NCBI GenBank assembly: GCA_035535055.1
Contig: DATLQT010000108.1
Location: forward strand, 6,831-70,830
DNA: 64,000 nucleotides
Origin: Candidatus Dormiibacterota bacterium
GTDB lineage: Bacteria > Chloroflexota > Dormibacteria > Dormibacterales > Dormibacteraceae
Direction: 5' to 3'
Both the position numbers and the translations under genes were made by a program. Below are positions 42,344 through 49,852 of this stretch, in pieces. The notes beneath the pieces are model-generated. The model worked only from the letters and a program-made list of their open reading frames with translations. It was not told where the DNA came from and ran no database searches. Every line of letters begins with the position of its first letter. The first letter of the stretch is position 1.

Positions 42344-42997
42344 GTGGCGGGCCCCTATGCGCTCTTGTGGTCGGGTGGCAAGGATTCGGCGCTGGCGCTC
42401 GCCCGCGCCCGCGCCGCCGGACTGCAGGTCAGCCTGCTGCTGAGCTTCCACGACTCGGAGACCGGCCGGGTCCGCTTCCACGCCACCCGGGTCGGCATGC
42501 TGCGTGCCCAGGCGAGGGCGATCGACATCGAGTTGCGCGCCGTGGCGAGCACCTGGCCCGAGATGGAAGCTCGCCTCGCCGGCGAGCTGTCCATGCTCCG
42601 CGCCGAGGGCTTCGGCGGGGTGCTGCTGGGCGACATCCACCTCGCCGACGTCCGCGCCTGGTACGAGGAGCGGGTGACCGCCGCCGGCCTCGAGCACGTG
42701 GAGCCGCTCTGGCAGGTGCCGTCGGCGGACCTACTGGCCGAGTTCGTCGCCTCCGGCGGCAGGGCGGTCGTCACCTGCGTCGAGCTGGCCAAGCTGGACC
42801 GCTCCTGGCTCGGCCGCATCATCGACCAGAGCTTCGTAAATGACATCGCCGCCACCGGGGTCGATGCCTGCGGCGAGAACGGCGAGTACCACAGCTTCGC
42901 CTTTGCCGGACCCGTCTTCCGGGCGCCCGTCCGCTGGCAGGCGGGCGAGACCGGCGGCGAGGACGGGTTCGCGCAGCTGGATCTGCTGCCTTTATGA
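42344..42997 (+). CDS. Dph6/MJ0570-like ATP pyrophosphatase (adenine nucleotide alpha-hydrolase)
   Basis: 217 aa with a GTG start, PP-loop LWSGGKDS and GENGEYHSF near the C-terminus. Confidence 0.7.
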   Translation: MAGPYALLWSGGKDSALALARARAAGLQVSLLLSFHDSETGRVRFHATRVGMLRAQARAIDIELRAVASTWPEMEARLAGELSMLRAEGFGGVLLGDIHLADVRAWYEERVTAAGLEHVEPLWQVPSADLLAEFVASGGRAVVTCVELAKLDRSWLGRIIDQSFVNDIAATGVDACGENGEYHSFAFAGPVFRAPVRWQAGETGGEDGFAQLDLLPL

Positions 42998-43010
42998 ATT
43001 GGCTACCTTC

Positions 43011-44354
43011 ATGCCTGTGACGCGTCTTCCCGGCGACCGCTGTGAGGCTGACCACATCTGGGACCGCGCCGTCGAGACCGCCTCCGCGGCCGAGGTGAGA
43101 GCACTCGCCGCCGCCGCCTGGGAGACACAGCTCGAGCACCTTCTCCGCGACTCGGCCTTCTATCGCCGGCGTTTGGGAGAGGCGGGGCTCGGGACTTCTC
43201 CGATCAGCCTCGACGACCTCCCGCGCCTCCCCTTCACCACCAAGGCGGAGTTCAAGCACGCGGTCGAGCAGGAGCCACCCTTCGGCAGCAACCTCTCGGT
43301 GCCCGCCGAGGCCGTCAAGCGCGTCTACCAGACCAGTGGCTCGACCGGCAAGCCGAGCGTGCTCTCCCTGACCAGGGCCGACGTCGAGAGCTGGACGGCG
43401 ATCGGCACCCGCACCTATTACGCGACCGGCGTCCACGAGCACAGCTCGGTGCTGAGCACCTTCGGAGCCGGGCCCTTCGTGGCCGGCCACACCCACTTGG
43501 TGCTGAGCCGGATCGGCGCCCGCTCGGTCCCCGTCGGCCCCGGCGACACCGACCGGGTGGTTTTCGGCCTGCGTTCGGGCCTCGCCGACACGCTTTTGGG
43601 CACCGCCTCCTTCGCCCAGCACCTCGCCAACCGCTTTGAGCAGGAGGGACTCGAGCCGGGCTCGCTGGCGCTCGGCCACATCGTCACCGGCGGCGAGCCG
43701 GGCGGCGGCATCCCCGCCATCCGCGACCACGTCCAGGAGGCGCTGGGCGTGACCGTGAACGAGGTGATGGGGATCGGCGACGTCGCGCCCTCTCTCTTCG
43801 GCGAGTGCCCGGCCCAGCGGGGCATGCATTTTTGCGGCACCGGCTTCATCTGGCCGGAGCTGGTCGACCCCGAGAGCCGGGAACCGGTCGGGATCGAGCC
43901 GGGCGCGACCGGCGAGCTCGTCTACACGCACCTTCGGCGGGAGGCGATGCCGGTCGTCCGCTTCCTCTCGGCCGACATCGTCCGGATCGAGGGCGTCGAC
44001 TGCGAATGCGGGCGCACCAGCTTCCGCATGCGCTGCATCGGCCGCCGTGACGACATGTTCATCGTCCGGGGCGTCAACGTCTACCCGACGGCGATCCTGG
44101 CCCTGGTCGGTGAGTTCCGACCCGCGGTGACCGGTCGCGCGCGAGTGGTGCGGACCGGGGAGGCCGTGAGCGTCGAGCCGCCCGTGCCGGTCGAGGTCGA
44201 GGTTCCCGACGGACGTCCCCCCGCTGCCGGGCTGGCGGAGCGCATCGAGCAGGCGATCCGCGCCCGCCTCACCTTCCGCTGCAGGGTCGATCTGGTCCCC
44301 GAGTCGTCGTTCGGCGACGCCGGCTACAAGACGCGCCTCACCGTGTCGCGGTGA
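43011..44354 (+). CDS. Phenylacetate-CoA ligase (PaaK)/F390-synthetase family adenylate-forming enzyme
   Basis: 447 aa from MPVTRLP (ATG 43011) with the QTSGSTGKP P-loop, GEPGGG and DDMFIVRGVNVYP. Confidence 0.85.
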   Translation: MPVTRLPGDRCEADHIWDRAVETASAAEVRALAAAAWETQLEHLLRDSAFYRRRLGEAGLGTSPISLDDLPRLPFTTKAEFKHAVEQEPPFGSNLSVPAEAVKRVYQTSGSTGKPSVLSLTRADVESWTAIGTRTYYATGVHEHSSVLSTFGAGPFVAGHTHLVLSRIGARSVPVGPGDTDRVVFGLRSGLADTLLGTASFAQHLANRFEQEGLEPGSLALGHIVTGGEPGGGIPAIRDHVQEALGVTVNEVMGIGDVAPSLFGECPAQRGMHFCGTGFIWPELVDPESREPVGIEPGATGELVYTHLRREAMPVVRFLSADIVRIEGVDCECGRTSFRMRCIGRRDDMFIVRGVNVYPTAILALVGEFRPAVTGRARVVRTGEAVSVEPPVPVEVEVPDGRPPAAGLAERIEQAIRARLTFRCRVDLVPESSFGDAGYKTRLTVSR

Positions 44355-45133
44355 CCGCGCCCCGCAAGCGGCTCCGCTCGGAGATCGCCCGGAGCACTGC
44401 CGACCGCATCCTCATCCGCGGCCACGACCTCGCGGCCGACCTGATCGGCAAGGTCTCGCTCGGCGACATGGCGTTCTTGGAGCTCCGGGGCCGCCTCCCG
44501 ACCGAAGCCGAGTCGGCCGTCTTCAACGCCATTGCCGTCACGCTGGTCGAGCACGGCATGACGCCGAGCGCGATCGCCGCCCGGCTGACCTACCTGGGCG
44601 CTCCGGAGGCGCTGCAGGGCGCGGTGGCAGCGGGCCTCCTGGGGATGGGCGACCGCTTCGGCGGCCCGGTCGACGAGGCGGCCCGGATGCTCCAGGACGC
44701 GCTCGCCAGCGATCCCTCCGGCGGGGACCTCGCTGCGGTCGCGTCCCGGGTGGTGGCCGAGCGCTTGCAGGCCGGACGCCTCGTCGCCGGCCTCGGCCAC
44801 CCGGTTCACACCGGCGGCGATCCCCGCGTGCCGGCGCTCTTCAAAGTCGCCTCCGAGAACGGCTTCTCGGGCCGCTACGTCCGCCTCATGGAGCTGATCG
44901 GCGAGGAGGCCCGGCGGGCGACCGGGAAGTCGCTGCCGGTCAATGCCACGGGCGCCATCGGCGCCATCGCGAGCGAGCTGGAGATCCCCTGGCAGGTCTG
45001 TCGCGGGCTCTCCGTGATGGCCCGCGCCATCGGCCTGGTCGCGCACCTCCAGGAGGAGCTGACCGACCCGATGGCGACCGAGATCTGGACCCGGGTCGAG
45101 GAGGAGGCCTCCAGCGACGCCGGTTCCAGTTGA
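44351..45133 (+). CDS. Citrate synthase-like small protein (citryl-CoA lyase family)
   Basis: 260 aa with a GTGA overlap with the ligase gene. Pattern IRGHDL...LVEHGMTPSAIAARLTYLGAPEALQGAVAAGLLG...GLGHPVHTGGDPR. Confidence 0.7.
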   Translation: MTAPRKRLRSEIARSTADRILIRGHDLAADLIGKVSLGDMAFLELRGRLPTEAESAVFNAIAVTLVEHGMTPSAIAARLTYLGAPEALQGAVAAGLLGMGDRFGGPVDEAARMLQDALASDPSGGDLAAVASRVVAERLQAGRLVAGLGHPVHTGGDPRVPALFKVASENGFSGRYVRLMELIGEEARRATGKSLPVNATGAIGAIASELEIPWQVCRGLSVMARAIGLVAHLQEELTDPMATEIWTRVEEEASSDAGSS

Positions 45134-45150
45134 CGGTTGGACACTGTTTC

Positions 45151-45160
45151 GTTGCGCAAC
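45151..45160. promoter_or_regulatory. Perfect 10-bp palindrome upstream of the dioxygenase/esterase genes (candidate operator)
   Basis: GTTGCGCAAC with partially symmetric flanks (tgtttc...taaca). It lies 53 nt upstream of GTG 45213 in an AT-richer spacer. Confidence 0.35.
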
Positions 45161-45212
45161 TAACATGACGCGCATCCAGCGGACACCGGGTTAGAGGGGT
45201 ATTCGATTCCAA

Positions 45213-46175
45213 GTGCCGGACCACGTTCCCGGTATCCATCACGTGACCGCGATCACGACCGACGTCCAGGCGTGCGTCGACTTCTACGTCACCGTTCTCG
45301 GGCTTCGCTTCATCAAGCAGACCGTCAACTTCGACGTTCCCGACACCTACCACATCTACTTCGGCGACCGCCTCGGCACGCCGGGCACGGCGATGACCTT
45401 TTTCGGCTGGCCGCACCTCCCCTGGAGGAAGGCCGGCAACGGCCAGGTGACGGTGGTGGGCTTCGCGGTTCCACCGCCCTCGCTCGACGGCTGGGCGAGA
45501 CGACTGGCCGGGCTCGGCGTCCAGGCGACTCGGAGCGAGCGCTTCGGCGCCGGCGTGCTCAGCTTCCCCGACCCCGACCAGATCCGGCTGGAGCTGGTGG
45601 GCGACTCTGACCAAGCCCGCTGGAACGCCTGGCCGGACGGACCGGTCGCGCCCGAGGAGCAGATCCGCGGCTTCCACGCCGTCACCCTCTCGGTCGTGGA
45701 GGAAGAGCCGTCGAGCCGCTTCCTGACCGAGACCATGGGCTTCCGCGAGGTCGCCCGCGAAGGCTCCCGGGTCCGCTTCGAGACGGGCGCGGGCGGACCG
45801 CACGCGGTCCTCGACCTGCTCGTCGACCCTAACCTGGAGCGTGGTGAGGAGGCCACGGGCACCGTTCACCACGTCGCTTGGCGGGCGCTGAACGATTCCC
45901 ACGAGCTGGACTGGCGGGCCACGCTGGTGGCCGCCGGCCGCGAGGTGACGCCGGTCATCGAGCGCAAGTACTTCCGCTCGATCTACTTCCGCGAGCCGGG
46001 CGGCGTGCTCTTCGAGATCGCGACCGACCAGCCTGGCTTCACGGTCGACGAGCCGGCGGAATCGCTCGGCTCCGGGCTGCAGCTTCCCGCCTGGCACGAG
46101 GATCGGCGGGCCGACCTGAAGGTCAACCTGCCCCCGATCGCGGTCCCTGCGATCGCCGGCCGGCCGGGGGCCTGA
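45213..46175 (+). CDS. Two-domain VOC/glyoxalase-family ring-cleaving dioxygenase (MhqO/MhqA-like)
   Basis: 320 aa with IHHVTAIT...FYVTVLGL in the first VOC module and FHAVTLSV...VHHVAWR...YFREPGGVLFEIATD in the second. Confidence 0.8.
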   Translation: MPDHVPGIHHVTAITTDVQACVDFYVTVLGLRFIKQTVNFDVPDTYHIYFGDRLGTPGTAMTFFGWPHLPWRKAGNGQVTVVGFAVPPPSLDGWARRLAGLGVQATRSERFGAGVLSFPDPDQIRLELVGDSDQARWNAWPDGPVAPEEQIRGFHAVTLSVVEEEPSSRFLTETMGFREVAREGSRVRFETGAGGPHAVLDLLVDPNLERGEEATGTVHHVAWRALNDSHELDWRATLVAAGREVTPVIERKYFRSIYFREPGGVLFEIATDQPGFTVDEPAESLGSGLQLPAWHEDRRADLKVNLPPIAVPAIAGRPGA

Positions 46176-46181
46176 TTCGGA

Positions 46182-46856
46182 GTGCAAGGACCGCACCAGG
46201 GCCAGCCAATCGTCACGGCCGGAGAGCCGCTCGAGAGCGCGTCGGCGGCGATGATCCTGGTCCACGGCCGGGGCGCCTCGGCGCGCGACATCCTGACCGT
46301 CGCCGCCGCCGTCGACACCCCGGGTTTCGCCTACCTGGCGCCCGAGGCCGCCGGCAGCGCCTGGTACCCCAACCGCTTCATGGAGCCGATCGAGACCAAC
46401 CAGCCATGGCTCGATTCCGCGCTGCAGGTTGTCGGTGACGTCCTTGCCGGGGTCGAGCAAAGGCTCCCGTCCGATCACATCGTCCTCCTCGGTTTCTCAC
46501 AGGGCGCCTGCCTGGCGCTCGAATTCGCCGCGCGCAACGCGCGCCGCTACGGCGGGCTGGTCGGTCTCAGCGGCGGCCTGATCGGGCCCGACGGCACGCC
46601 GCGCGACTACCCAGGAAGCCTGGCCGGCACCCCGGTCTTCCTGGGCTGCAGCGACGTCGACCCCCACATCCCGGCGGAGCGGGTGCGGGAGTCGGGACGG
46701 GTGCTCGAATCGCTGGGAGGCAAGGTGCGGGTGGAGCTCTACAGAGGGCTCGGCCATGAGGTCAACGAGGACGAAGCCGCGATCGTTCGAGCGCTGATGG
46801 CGGCGGTTTCCCGCCGCGAGGAAGTGGGGGACCCGGGCAGCCGGGCTCCCCGTTAG
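46182..46856 (+). CDS. Phospholipase/carboxylesterase family hydrolase (MhqD-like)
   Basis: 224 aa with LVHGRGAS, the nucleophile elbow GFSQGA and a C-terminal GLGHEV. Confidence 0.8.
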   Translation: MQGPHQGQPIVTAGEPLESASAAMILVHGRGASARDILTVAAAVDTPGFAYLAPEAAGSAWYPNRFMEPIETNQPWLDSALQVVGDVLAGVEQRLPSDHIVLLGFSQGACLALEFAARNARRYGGLVGLSGGLIGPDGTPRDYPGSLAGTPVFLGCSDVDPHIPAERVRESGRVLESLGGKVRVELYRGLGHEVNEDEAAIVRALMAAVSRREEVGDPGSRAPR

Positions 46857-46869
46857 GAGGTACCGCTGG

Positions 46870-47706
46870 ATGGCAGTCATCGCACCCGTCAACCCGATGT
46901 CCGCCGCGGGCAAGAGCACCGTCATGACGGTCCTTCGGCGCGACCGCGAAAAGTTCGAGCGGATGGTCTCGGACCCCGCCCACTGGAACGTCCAGACCCG
47001 CTGCACCGAGTGGGAGGTCCGCGACCTCGTCGGGCACATGATCGACGTCACCGAGGGCTACCTAGCGCGCTGGGATGCCGCGAGGAAGGGCGAGGCGCCG
47101 GGAGCCGTCGGCCTCCAGGTGATGGGGGAGACGCTCAACGACCACGCGCTCGACTTCCGCAAGCTGCCCCGGGAGGAAGCGCTCGCCCGCTGGAAGGAGG
47201 ATGCCCTCAAGTGGGATGCCATCCTCGAGGGCCTCTCCGCCGAGGAGTGGGAGGGAACCCTCGTCACCCATCCCTACATGGGGCCGGTCCCCGCGGGCTT
47301 CTACGGCGCCTTCCAGATCATGGACTACGGCATCCACCCGTACGACATCGAGTACGGGCTGGGGGACAAGCTCGCCGACATCGACGAGGCATCGGCGGGG
47401 ATCATCCTGCCTTACTGCCACATCATCATGCAGTACACCGTTGACGCCGAATCCGCCAAGGGCGTCGACTGCGTCTACGGCATCGACGTCGCCGGGCCCT
47501 GGGGCGGCAAGTGGCGGGCCACCGTGAAGGATGGGCAATGGGCCGCGGTCGAGGAGAAGGGCGACTTTGACGGCTGCGATGCGCTCTTCCGCTACAACTC
47601 CGCCTCCGACTTCGTGCTGACCACCTTCGGCCGCTTCCCGGGCGGGTCGGCGACCGGCGACCCGGAGGTCATCGAGGCGGTCCGGCACCTCTTCTTCCGA
47701 TTCTGA
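46870..47706 (+). CDS. DinB/MDMPI-type (mycothiol-dependent maleylpyruvate isomerase N-terminal domain) protein
   Basis: 278 aa with W..QT.CTEWEVRDLVGHM, the signature of the TIGR03083-like family. Confidence 0.7.
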   Translation: MAVIAPVNPMSAAGKSTVMTVLRRDREKFERMVSDPAHWNVQTRCTEWEVRDLVGHMIDVTEGYLARWDAARKGEAPGAVGLQVMGETLNDHALDFRKLPREEALARWKEDALKWDAILEGLSAEEWEGTLVTHPYMGPVPAGFYGAFQIMDYGIHPYDIEYGLGDKLADIDEASAGIILPYCHIIMQYTVDAESAKGVDCVYGIDVAGPWGGKWRATVKDGQWAAVEEKGDFDGCDALFRYNSASDFVLTTFGRFPGGSATGDPEVIEAVRHLFFRF

Positions 47707-47810
47707 ACGGGATCTCCATCTGGGCGGCGGAGCTCCGGCGCTGGAGCCCGTCGCCCATCCCGCCGCCCTTTCCGCTGGTCGAGATCACCGCCGGCGGTGG
47801 CGCTGGGCTG

Positions 47811-48305
47811 GTGAAGGCGATGGGATCCGAGAGCGACCTGGTCGCCACCCGGCTCGGCCGCGGCTGCCGTGCCTTCGTCGCCTGCCTGGGCGACGAGGTG
47901 GCCGCCTACGGCTGGGTCTCCTCCAGCCCCGAGTGGATCGGCGAGGTCCGCCTCCAGATCTGCCCGGGCGAGGGGGAGGCGTACCTTTGGAACTGCGTCA
48001 CCCTCGGGCCTCACCGCCGCCGCGGCTTCTTCGGGGCCCTGATCGAGCAGGTCGCGGCGCGGCTCCAGGCGGAGGGTCTCAGCCGGCTCTGGATCGCCGA
48101 GGCCGGCGGGCCCGCGGTGCCGGCGCTGTCGGCGGCCGGCTACCGCCCGGTGGTCGAGATCACCGAGGCTCGCTGGGGACCGATTCGAAGGCTGCTCGCT
48201 CTCCCGGCGCGGGAGGCCGACCCGGAGTCGGTCGCCGCCGCGCGACGGGCGGTCTCGCTCGGGGGCCGGCGCCTGGGGGTGCTGCCGGCCGTGAGGCGGC
48301 ATTGA
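47811..48305 (+). CDS. GNAT family acetyltransferase
   Basis: 164 aa with a GTG start. Motif A is VTLGPHRRRGFFGALIEQV. The upstream in-frame region has no canonical start codon. Confidence 0.6.
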   Translation: MKAMGSESDLVATRLGRGCRAFVACLGDEVAAYGWVSSSPEWIGEVRLQICPGEGEAYLWNCVTLGPHRRRGFFGALIEQVAARLQAEGLSRLWIAEAGGPAVPALSAAGYRPVVEITEARWGPIRRLLALPAREADPESVAAARRAVSLGGRRLGVLPAVRRH

Positions 48306-49351
48306 CGGCGCCTACCGGCCCCCTGCTGACGACGGTGGTCGGCAGCTACCCGCAACCCGATTGGCTGGTCGACCGCGCGGCGCTGGGCGGGCGGCTCCCG
48401 CCGCGCACCCGGGCTCCCGAGCTCTGGCGGGTGGCGCCCGAGTTCCTCCAGGAGGCGCAGGACGACGCGACCCTGCTGGCGCTGCGCGACATGGAGCGGG
48501 CGGGGATCGACATCGTCACCGACGGCGAGATGCGCCGGGAGAGCTACTCCAACCTTTTCGCGACCGCGCTCGAAGGCATGGACGTCGTCAACGCGGGGAC
48601 CGCCCTCGACCGGACCGGGCATCCGAACCCAGTGCCCCGGGTGGTCGGGAGCATCCGCCGCACCCGGCCGGTGCTGGTACGCGACGCGACCTTCCTGCGG
48701 GCCAGCACCCGCCGAGCGATCAAGGTCACCCTCCCGGGCCCGTTCACCATGTCGCAGCAGGCCCAGGACGACTTCTACGGCGACGAGGCAGCGCTGGCGA
48801 TGGACCTGGCGGCGGCCGTCAATGAGGAGGTGAAAGACCTCTTCGCCGCCGGGGTGGACGTGGTCCAGCTCGACGAGCCCTACCTGCAGGCGCGGGCCGA
48901 GAAGGCGAGACTGTTCGCCCTTCCGGCCATCAACCGGGCGCTGGAGGACGTCGAGGGCACCACCGCGCTCCACACCTGCTTCGGCTACGCCCACGTTGTG
49001 CACCAGAGGCCGGACGGCTATCCCTTCTTCGCCGAACTGGCGGTGGCGCGGGTCGACCAGATCTCGCTCGAGTCGGCCCAGCAGAAGGTGGACCTGACTA
49101 TCCTCGGGTCGGTGCCCGGCAAGACGTTCATCGTCGGGGTCATCGACCTCTCCGACGAGAGCCCGGTCGAGGATCGCGACACCGTCGCGGCGCGGATCCG
49201 CTCCGCCCTTCGGCACGCGCCGGCGGAGCGGATCCTGGTCGCGCCCGACTGCGGGATGAAGTACCTCGACCGCGCGGTCGCCCACGCCAAGCTGCGGGTG
49301 ATGGTCGAGGCGGCCGAGCTGGTCCGCGCCGAGCTCTACGACCGGGGCTGA
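48302..49351 (+). CDS. Cobalamin-independent methionine synthase II family (MetE C-terminal-like) protein
   Basis: 349 aa from TTG 48302 (TTGA overlap with the GNAT stop). Pattern VVGSYPQP.W...DGEMRRESY...HTCFGY...APDCGMKY (Zn ligands H/C/C). Confidence 0.85.
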   Translation: MTAPTGPLLTTVVGSYPQPDWLVDRAALGGRLPPRTRAPELWRVAPEFLQEAQDDATLLALRDMERAGIDIVTDGEMRRESYSNLFATALEGMDVVNAGTALDRTGHPNPVPRVVGSIRRTRPVLVRDATFLRASTRRAIKVTLPGPFTMSQQAQDDFYGDEAALAMDLAAAVNEEVKDLFAAGVDVVQLDEPYLQARAEKARLFALPAINRALEDVEGTTALHTCFGYAHVVHQRPDGYPFFAELAVARVDQISLESAQQKVDLTILGSVPGKTFIVGVIDLSDESPVEDRDTVAARIRSALRHAPAERILVAPDCGMKYLDRAVAHAKLRVMVEAAELVRAELYDRG

Positions 49352-49375
49352 CGGGCGCCGCCGTTCAGGCTAGGG

Positions 49376-49729
49376 CTAGGTCTTCGCCCGGTCCCTCCGC
49401 CCCTGGCAGGGCACGCAGGTCGTGGTCTCGGGAGCGAACTCCATCCGCTCGGCCGGGATCTCGGCGCCGCAGTCCTCGCAGTACCCGTACTTGCCGAGCG
49501 CGAGCTGGTCGAGCGCGCGCGACAGCTGAGCCTGCAGGGAGGAGCGGAGATCGGCTATCCGCTGGGCGATCTCGCCGTCGATCACTACCTGGGCGATGTC
49601 GCCCTCGTCGCCGTCAGGCCGCAGCTCGGGCGCTGCCTCCATGATCGCGACCTCCGCGGGTTCCTGGGCCGCGATCGCCAGGAGCTTGCTGCGGCTCGCG
49701 TGAATTCTTGACGTCCAGTCCTTGTCCAC
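49376..49729 (-). CDS. DksA/TraR family C4 zinc-finger protein
   Basis: 117 aa from GTG 49729 (GGAGG 9 nt upstream). C-terminal CEDCGAEIPAERMEFAPETTTCVPC. Confidence 0.8.
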   Translation of the reverse strand: MDKDWTSRIHASRSKLLAIAAQEPAEVAIMEAAPELRPDGDEGDIAQVVIDGEIAQRIADLRSSLQAQLSRALDQLALGKYGYCEDCGAEIPAERMEFAPETTTCVPCQGRRDRAKT

Positions 49730-49852
49730 CCCGATTTGCCTCCGAATTGGACTACTAAAAGTTGACTGGTTCAATATAAGGTTTCCGGTGCCGCGATGGG
49801 CAAAATCTGTCGCAATAAGCGATCCCGGCAGCGTGGTATACCCGGCGAGGTT

